Positions 11,430 through 20,700 of a stretch of DNA of 64,000 nt are shown here, piece by piece. The stretch lies in the NCBI GenBank assembly GCA_964270895.1, contig OZ185449.1. One strand, written 5' to 3'. The translations under genes and the position numbers were made by a program. How positions within the stretch are numbered: position 1 is the first letter of the stretch; each line of letters begins with the position of its first letter. Origin of the DNA: Podarcis filfolensis. Its lineage: Eukaryota. Under the pieces are notes generated by a model that worked only from the letters and a program-made list of their open reading frames with translations, did no database searches and was not told the origin of the DNA.

Positions 11430-11890
11430 GGCTGCGTGGGGGTGAGAGGGGCGGCGAATGGGGCGAGGCAGGCAGAAACCGGGCGAGCCCCAACGAATCC
11501 GCCCAGCCTACTCCGCAGGGCTGTTGTGGGGATTATCACTACGGGGAGGAGGGCAGCGGGTCCACGTGCAGCGCCCTGAACTCCCTCAAGGGGCTGAAAC
11601 ACCATCGCCGTCGGGACCGCCCCGCCTCCAAGCATTATCGGGATCCTCCCGCCTCACACTCTCAGGAGAGGGACGGACGGGCGGCGGCGGCGGCACCACG
11701 ACTTAGCTGACTCGTCCGCTCCGTCTTCTTGCCTTCCTTACTTTGAGCCAGCGGCAAGGAAAGAGTCGCGCGGGCCGATGGCATCATCGCAGGGCGCCAA
11801 TCCGCCGCAGCCTCCAAGGCGGAAGTGCGAGCCGGGAAGCGGTTACCTAGCAACGGAGAGGAAAAGTCCGAGGCCTGCTGGGCCTTTGGA
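11430..11890. promoter_or_regulatory. Orphan CpG-island promoter (TCT motif, ETS/GABP, CCAAT, RFX X-box)
   Basis: CpG-dense. Minus-strand CTCTTTCCTT at 11765-11756 and donor GTAAGG at 11741; CCAAT 11797-11801; CGGAAGTG 11820-11827; GTTACCTAGCAAC 11842-11854. Confidence 0.7.
11742..11765 (-). ncRNA. Putative first exon of an unannotated 5'TOP-type non-coding transcript
   Basis: Oligopyrimidine start matching YCTYTYY, followed about 22 nt later by a GTAAGG donor. No recognisable protein downstream; there is no expression evidence. Confidence 0.4.
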
Positions 11891-13087
11891 GTACATCTAT
11901 GACATGCGTTAAACTGGTTTTCATATTGCTTTAAAGTTTAAACCAATCGTGGTTCTGCTCCCCCCTCCCCCGAAAAAGAAAATAATACTGTACTAGGAAC
12001 TTTAATTTGTTTAAGATGCTGAGGATGGTTAGGAGGCTCTACAGCTACAATTCCCGGAGTTCCTTGCGAAAAGGGATTGACTGGTAAACCACTCTGCAAT
12101 TTGCAACCCTGGGAAGGGGGAATGGGGGCGATATCCTAACTCCCGAACTACAGCTCCCAGAAATCTTGGTTTGGGGGGAGCCATGGCTCTTTAAAGTGGT
12201 CTCATAACGTTTTCAGTGCATAGTGTGAATGTAGCTTTGATTTGCTTTTTCCTGCCTGGTAAGAGAAAGTTAGAAGAGTGGAGGGCAGGATGGGACCTCT
12301 GGCCCTCCAGTGGTTGTGGGAGGCTGACCAATCCCCTCGCCCCTTCCCCCTAGCCACACTAGCCAGTGCTGATGGGGGCTACAAAGAGCAGCCACATTTG
12401 GAGGCTCGCAGGTGCTCCTCACCCTTGTCATAAAGCTACCCTCCCTTTTTTTCAGGGGGCTCCAACTGAGTCCATCAACAATTCCCACACTGGGCAAATT
12501 CATTGCCCTGTTGAATGTTTAACTGTAGTAAAACAAGGCATTTTCTTTAGGATTGGGAAGTCAACCATTATTTTGTTACGCTGTTAACTGTGCAACTGGG
12601 TTTTTATTTCAGTTTCCCCCATAAATTTTACCCCACACCTTCAGCCTGCAAGGACAGCTAACACAAAGGGGAAAAAAAACAATATGGGATAAAATCAGTT
12701 GCTGATAATATGTGGCTTCCCACAATACCCAGATTATTTTGCTTCTCCTACAAATTTCCTGGGAACCACCTTAAGCCCACAAATTTCCCTTGATCACTTC
12801 TTGCCGTTTTTGTTTTCAAAAAGAGATTTGGGAGATGTGGTTCATTAGTACCACCTCTCAAGAGCTGCTTCCCAGACGACGACTTCTTTTTTATGACTTC
12901 CTGCATTCTACCAAATATGTCAGCAAACTTTAAATACCTCTCCTTCTCTCCCCTAGAAACCAGTTTATGGACTCTTCCATGAAGAAGAGGACAAGAAGTG
13001 AAGGAGAAGCCCTGCCTCTATTCCAGAACAGTTTTTACAATTAACAGAATATATGTACAGCCCGAGCTTACAGCACACAACTGATTC

Positions 13088-13447
13088 TGATTAAACATTA
13101 AGGAAGAACTTTCTGATGGTAAGAGCTCTTTGACAATGGAAAGGATTTCCTAGGAAGGGGGTGGACTCCCCTTCATTGGTGGTTTCTAAACAGAGGTTGA
13201 ATGGCCATTTGTCAGGGATGCTTTAGCTGTGATTCCTGCATTGCAGGTGGTTGCATTAGGTCAGGCATCCCCAAACTCGGCCACCCAGATGTTTTGGGGC
13301 TACAACTCCCATCATCCCTAGCTAACAGGACCAATGGTCAGGGATGATGGGAACTGTAGTCCCAAAACATCTGGAGGGCTGAGTTTTGGGGTGCCTGCAT
13401 TAGGTGATCCTTGAGGTCCCTTCCAACTCCACAGCTATGATTCTATG
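13088..13447 (+). mobile_element. CR1 LINE 3' fragment (interrupted by a hAT MITE)
   Basis: aacattaaggaagaactttctgatggtaagagc...gaggtcccttccaactc...gattctatga is a CR1 3' end. Confidence 0.8.
13262..13397. mobile_element. hAT MITE nested in CR1
   Basis: TIRs CAGGCATCCCCAAA / TTTGGGGTGCCTG with 8-bp TSD CATTAGGT (13254-13261, 13398-13405). Confidence 0.88.
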
Positions 13448-13625
13448 AAAATGATGTGGGGAAGCATTAAGTCATCACACTTGAGTGCCACCATTCTGTA
13501 CACTGCTGTTGCAATTGCCACAGATGAGATGGCAGGGTGGGAAGAAGTGATCCCCAGTGCTAAGAAACCAAGAGGTTGAGTTTCCCTGTGACCCAGGGCT
13601 AGGGAATATCTATGTTGTACTATTT

Positions 13626-13824
13626 ACAGATAGGTAGCCGTGTTGGTCTGCCATAGTCAAAACAAATTTTTTTTTTCCTTCCAGTAGCACCTTAAAGACC
13701 AACTAAGTTAGTTCTTGGTATGAGCTTTCGTGTGCATGTGTGCATGCACACGAAAGCTCATACCAAGAACTAACTTAGTTGGTCTTTAAGGTGCTACTGG
13801 AAGGAAATTTTTTTTTTGTTTTGA
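13626..13824. mobile_element. Penelope-like insertion made of two inverted terminal fragments
   Basis: Perfect 62-bp inverted repeat (13677-13738 / 13743-13804) and 16-bp flanking direct repeat CTATGTTGTACTATTT (13610-13625, 13825-13840). Confidence 0.85.
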
Positions 13825-13905
13825 CTATGTTGTACTATTTTATTGTTGTTAGCCACCCTGAGCCCGGCTTCGGCTGGGGAGGGTGGGATATAAATAAAGT
13901 TATTT

Positions 13906-13919
13906 TTCTTCTTCTTCTT

Positions 13920-13950
<31 letters not shown>

Positions 13951-13973
13951 TTATTATTATTATTATTATTATT
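13906..13973. repeat. (CTT)n(ATT)n microsatellite ending an L2-type tail
   Basis: Directly visible; preceded by an L2-like 3' end (13845-13905). Confidence 0.9.
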
Positions 13974-15662
13974 ACAGCTCTACAAATGTTGATGGACTCT
14001 TAGCTCTTCTCAGACCCTGCAGCCAGTATGGCCGGTGGCCAGGGATAAAAGTATTATGCCAGATTTTCATGAATATGATTTAAGGGACCCACACATTTTA
14101 GATTTCACACTTCTCCCAGGCAAATCCAGCAGTAAAGGAAATAAGATAAAGCTCCATGGCTATGAGGAAGAGCTGCACTAGGCAGTGTTTCTAAGGTAGG
14201 GGCACTTATTTATTTAAGAGAGTTCTCTCCACTTCAACAGCAGGGAAAGGTACATGGAAAAATGTAGGTGAGTTAATTAAATAATAATAATAATAACCAA
14301 CATTTCCCAGTCTACACATTTGGCATTAAACAGGATGAGTAACCAGTTCCATGATTCCACCAAACCAGCAGTTGTAGCTGCAGTTGTTCAGCACCAATTA
14401 GAGGACAGTTCCACAGTCCCAAAAGAAAAAAAATGCAACCAAATATTCACACAGTTGGGGGTTTTTTTAAAATGCAAAAGTTGCCAATTGGGGTGGGGAG
14501 GCCAAAACAGCAGACCCTTCCTCACGCTTGTTCTCAGGCAGTTTTTCCAGCTTTGCATTTGCTCTGGTGCTGCCTCCTTCTGGAAAGGCTCCTTTACTCT
14601 AGGAACTGTGTCATGAAGGAGCAAATAATTCATTCCTATTTCTTATTCCTGCAACCGACCACCATCCATCCCCTACTGACAATACTGCAAGCCAAAGACC
14701 TCATTTGGGAAATGGCATTGATAAGTAATCAGTGTGAAGTATGGGAGCATCTGGGCTTTGGCTTTCCTAAAACACTGATGCCTGCAAGAAAAGGGAAAGT
14801 CTGATTATAGCAACTCATTTAGAATAAATCAGTTTGGAAATGGCTTCTATAACACAGTAGGAAGTTTTATGATTCTACATTACAATGGTTTAGGGGGCCC
14901 CTCCTATCCATAGGAAAGAAATTAAATGGCTGTGGTTTGGGAGCAATTGCTTTATATATATTTTAGGTAACTAGAGGAAAATGCAACTTTGCAGCATTTT
15001 AATGGTCAATTTGCCTAGGTAAACAGGCAGTAAACTGACAGTTACTGCCGCTATCATGCTTGATGTTGAACAGTGGCCTCGGAAATGGGCTGCAAGAGAA
15101 AAGCTCAAACCAGCCATGGATCCTTTAGGTGGCACTTTTACGTGGCTATAGTCTCATGCACTAACACCTGTGATGAAAACATCCTTTCTTACTATGTTTT
15201 GATACAACAGGGTACCTAAGCTCCAATTTAGGTCCTTAGTTGCTGTAAGAGCTAACTGCCCCCCCCCCCCAATACAGCTCATCTTTGCCCTGCTCAGTGA
15301 TAATCCTAGCTGGCATACATCAAATTGATAAGACTGCGTATCAGTGATATCATCAGGATTGGATGCCGGGGGCAGAACTCTAGGATTCAGAATACGAGCC
15401 ACCCACCCACACCATTCCACCATTCCCACATGCATCAGGGATAGCATACCATGTTTTGAAATAAGTAAAGCAACACACATTGGGCTCCAGAGACCAAAGT
15501 TCTCAAATGGCCTGCACTAATATCCAGGGGCTCTCTAAGCTTCAGAAAGGGGCCTGGTCCAGGCCTTATTTGGAGAATCCAGGAACCAAATGCAGGGCCT
15601 TTTGCAAACAAAACAGATACTCCACCTCTGAGCTTTTCCGAGCATTGAGAACTGGCTGGCTG

Positions 15663-16637
15663 CTGGCTGAGAGAATGGATGCTTCTTGAAAACACTGACG
15701 TGCTGGATTTAGAAGGTTTTAACAATGTATTTGGGTGGCATGCATATTTGTGGTACGATAAGGTCAAAGCACATAAAGCGTTTAAAAACCATATTGTCAG
15801 AAAAGCACTGTTTAATGTTTGGATAAGATATAAGGATCTGCTTGAAAATAAAACCCCAAGGTGGTTGTCACCAATGGAAGTGAAGGCTCAGAAAAAGCTC
15901 AATATGGAGGCCAAATGGCCAAAATACTGGGAAATTTTGGAACAAGAGGGAGACAGATTAAAACTGCAGAGTTTTGAAAAATTAAAAAATAGAGTGCGAG
16001 ATTGGCTTCATTATTACCAGATAATGGAGGCATATAATTTGGACAAAAAAATTGGCTTCCAGGGGGAAAAATCAAAATTGGAAACAGAACTGCTAGATCC
16101 TAAAATTAAGAACTTGTCAAGAATGTATAACTTGTTGTTGAAATGGAATACTCAGGATGAAACGGTGAAATCTGCCATGATTAAATGGGCACAAGATGTT
16201 GGACATAATATTATGATGGCTGACTGGGAACAGTTATGGACCACAGGTATGAAGTTCACGGCATGCAATGCCTTAAGAGAGAATATAATGAAAATGATCT
16301 ACAGGTGGTACATGACACCAGTCAAGCTTGCAAAAATCTACCATTTGCCCGATAATAAATGTTGGAAATGTAAAGAGACTGAAGGTACATTCTTTCACCT
16401 TTGGTGGACATGCCCAAGGATTAAGACTTTCTGGGAGATGATCTATAATGAAATGAAAAAGGTATTTAAATATACCTTTCTGAAGAAACCAGAGGCCTTT
16501 CTCCTGGGCATGGTCGGCCAATTCTTGTTTCTTCCTTATTGTGATGTGTTGTATTGTTTTTGTTTAAAATGGTGTTTTTTTACTTTTTCTTTCTGTAATC
16601 TTTAAAACTTTAATAAATATTATTTTTTTAAAAAAGA
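15663..16637 (+). mobile_element. 5'-truncated L1-clade LINE (ORF2 C-terminal part with CCHC knuckle)
   Basis: Open frame 15679-16605 containing CWKCKETEGTFFHLWWTCP, then a T-rich 3' UTR, AATAAA and an A tail. 16-bp TSD GAGAACTGGCTGGCTG (15647-15662, 16638-16653). Confidence 0.92.
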
Positions 16638-17744
16638 GAGAACTGGCTGGCTGGCAGAGTTGTCACTCCATGACTTATTACTTGACCATTTTTAAGTGGC
16701 AATGACAGAGACTAACCTCAGGGCCTTTGAAAGGAAAAGCAGCTGCTTGAGTTAGGTCTGTCAGGGCCCCTTACTTGGCCCACAAGACCATGTTCCCCTG
16801 CCAGTAGTGCCCACCTGTCCTACTCCTAACATGTGTGGGGCAAGGGAGGATGTGGCTTCCTGTCAAAAGTGGGGCTTGCTGGCATAAGCACTCAACTTTT
16901 CTTCAAGAAGCTTGATTTCAAGCCAATTCCCCAGGTTGGAGATGGGACTGGCACACGGCACAGCCACCATCTGTCTGTGCCATGTGCCCCTTACCTGGCC
17001 TGCCCCACCTCCCACACCATACCTCCCCCTACCCTGAACCACTGTGATTGGGACCTCTCCTGCTCTCTCCAGCTCCTCTTTTCTGAGGCACATCCCATAA
17101 AAAGCTCAGATTTAGAAGCATACAAGGTAAAAGAATTAAAATAATTTAAAACATTTTTTACAAATGGGGAAATAACAGAACTGAAACCAGCTAAACAATA
17201 CCCCAACCTAAAGGTCTGTTCAGCTGCCTCAGCTTTCAAAGCTGCAGTCAGTCAGGGCCCAGCCCTCCTAGGCAAGGTGGAAAGATCTGAAAGGCAGGGA
17301 GCAGGTCCCCCAAGACTCACAACCAAGATGGTGTCTGAAAAGCTCAGCAGTCTCAGCTGCACCCGCACAACTCCTCTGTAGAATGAGTCCCCCTTTATCC
17401 GAGCAAAACACTATTTCTTCCTCCACTTGCCTTGCACTTTCACCCGTCTTAAAAGCAAACAGAACTCCAAAACAGGAATGTCATGGCCACCCCCAGAAGT
17501 GATGAGGAATAACCCTTTTTTGAAGATTCAATTGTGCCTCAATACTTACATATGAACACAACCTATTTATCTGTCAATAAACGGCACATAACACAATTCA
17601 GAGGGCTTATACTCACAGGCGCTGTATGTAGGGGACAGGACCAGATTTATAGGAAACCAGAATCATTCTACGCCCCACCCTACCTCAGCCCCTTCTTACC
17701 CCCATTGTACTCCAGAAATGATGGATGAGGGAGCAGGGCAGCAG

Positions 17745-20700
17745 AAACAAGAGACACATGGTTTTATTTACTTTATTATTTTGTAAATGTGAATTTTACA
17801 AAGCATTTTCATCATTAATGATCACATTTTTCCATGGATTTTTCATTATATGAAAAGCGCTACAACCATACTTTGAACTCTTGGAAGGGGGCTTGTGAAG
17901 AAGAGACATCTTGAAGCCACTCCCCCACGTTACCCCCGCCCCCGCCCAGCCACCTGACACTGTTCTGAATCTATAGTGTTAGCCATGGCTGTAACAGTCT
18001 CAAGCTGAGGGTTGGCACATAAATAACAAAGAGAATAAACAAAACTTTGCGTGGCTGAAACAACTCCAAAGCACTTCAAAATCTCCCCTATTAGCGCTGG
18101 GATTTTTAACTTTTCATTTATTTTTAACAGTCATGAGTTACAGTACTACTGGGTACTCTTGATAAAGACTCCAAGAGAAACCCTTTTGCTCTCTTAAGAC
18201 TTTTCTCTCAGGCAGTTCAAAAGGATCTGCACACAATCTGAATCAAGTGCAATCCAAAGGTTCAAGTTAAACATATTTATACATTTTCTTGCTTAGCTAT
18301 GACTTTATCATTTTTGAGTCTTAAAAATAGTATTGCAAGGTTGGGCTCCCTCCCCTCCACCTCAGACATAAAAGTGCAAAAAGGACGTTTGGAAGAAACA
18401 GAAGATTGTAAGTTCTTCAGCAAGGACAACACATGGGATCCCTCTTTCCCTCCTCTCATGCCAGCTTTGGCAGAGGCACAGATTGCCTTGCTCCAAGGTG
18501 GGCACCCAGTGAATTGACCACAACCCTCCATGGGCAGCCACAGCAACACTGTAACAGTGACACTGAAAGGCCTGGCCCTTTAAGACTGGTTAGGGATCCC
18601 TTAATGGCCACAGGAGATATGGTCAAAATGCACAGCACATATCACAGGCTGCATCATTTGGACAGCTGTGGAAACTCTGCTGCTCAGGGAAGACAACATC
18701 ACAGAGAGGGCCTCTTCTCAGGCAAAGATGATTACATGTAAAGCAGCCCGTCTCCCCCGGGCACCTTTCCCCCGGAGAGCACCATGCCCAAACGGCTGTG
18801 CCCTTTTTAGGACTCCCCCCGTCTCCTGCCCTGTCAGGTGGGGATGGCACCAATTTGCTTTTCCTCTTTGCACGTAATGCTGCAAGGAAGAAGATGCAGG
18901 AAAGAGAAGTCACCAAGAGGGTCCCAATTCCTCAGTGATGGGAAGTACCAGGAAAGGTTGCCACACCAGGTGAGAAAAGTCACAACCTTTTATCCACCCT
19001 GGCAAATCAGCATCCTACAAAAAAAGCTAAACTTTCTAGCCAGGATGCTTTCCAGCACTTAATTAAAATGAGAAAGAAGAATTTCTTCAATTAAGCAAAA
19101 CCCATTTCCAAACTGGATTCCCAGGACAGGTAAGAAAAAGTGGGGAACAGCCAAACATCTCTGGCAACTTGAGGGTTGAATTAGTGGCCATTTCAGTTGG
19201 AGCAAGAAGAGAATAACTGTCAGGGAAGTCTCAGAGCAGACAAAAGGACAGGACTTATGGCTTAACATGGTCTCACCTTTGCAATGAGATCAGATTTCTG
19301 GAAAAAAAAATTCCGAGTCTTGTTTTTGGCTCCAAATTTTGGTTTAGAGTGAAAAAAAACCCTGGAATTGCACACTTCTGAGCAAGGGTTAGGTAAAGAA
19401 ACCTTGGAGAAGCCAGGCTAATTTACAAAGCAACTGCAATCTGGGGATGTTTCCATTGCAGAAAAGGAGGGGGTGGGAATGTTGGTTCAATTCTTATACT
19501 ATGATGTGGCAACCACTAAATTCACTCGGTTTTCTCTCTCTTTAAAAAGGTGCTTGATATAACTTTTTTAATATATATATATATATATATAATATACACA
19601 TGTAATATTGCTAACAGTCAAGCATTAAGAATAGAGGTGCAGACATACCATAAATACTTCTGCTTCCATTTTTATTTTATTTTTAAGATCTAGAGGGATG
19701 CCGTTTCCATTTCACATTATGCATCATCACAGTCAGAAAGCAACTCCCAGACACTCTCGTGACATTTCTAGCATTATTGTAAACAAAGAGGGGGAAATCA
19801 GGGCGGGGGGCATTCCTTCTGATCTGGCATTTTCCCCCCCTCTCTGTCCCCTCCGCATGGAAAACAAGTGATCCAAAAAGGGCTAAGGCACTCAGGAAAT
19901 CCCGATCATTCTGGGCTTCATTCTCACTTTACATTCTTTTATTTTGCGACATTCTTCCTTCCCACCAGGGAGGAGACAATCACGATCCACAGATACGTCT
20001 TGGAAATCTGCCCTTAAGCCTCCACATGCGGATCTGGTTTAGTGCAAATGCTCATCCTCATCAAGAAGACAAGGAAGGCCCCCCTCCCCAAAAACAAACC
20101 ATTCACATTTTTTTCAAGTTTACCTAAAGCTCTCTCTCTCTCTCTCTCTCTTTTACTAGAAAGTAAAAACAAACAAAGAAACCCCAAATAAAAATGTACA
20201 TGAAATTGTGCTCGGTATAAAAATATATCTTAACTGTGCAATGCGACACTCTCTTCAGATTCTTTTCTAAGCCATTCAAGTATTTTCTTTATGTTCTGGT
20301 CATTTCATCATGGGGCCAGGGGCAGGTGGAACAGCTCCTGGATGCACTTTGTACCACCATTATTTTGGGTAGGGTATCCAATTGGAAGAGGAAATGACCC
20401 AAGGTAAGAAAGGCAGTAATCCTTTCAGTTTGATACCATCATATTTCATGGACCCAATCCCCCTTTACCACTGACTCAGGGAAAGATACAGAATGGGGGG
20501 TCACTGCCCACAGAGCTGCCCCTACTCACTGGACCATCTAGGGCAGATCATTACTCAACTGCTCACTCTGATAACAAAGTTCTCATTCACCTGCAAATGC
20601 AGAATTAGGCCCTTGAAGGTGTGGAGTCAACTGCCAGGGCTTCATGCCAGATCCCAGATGAAGGCTTGCCTTGCCTTACCTTCCCTATGGCACACAGGGC

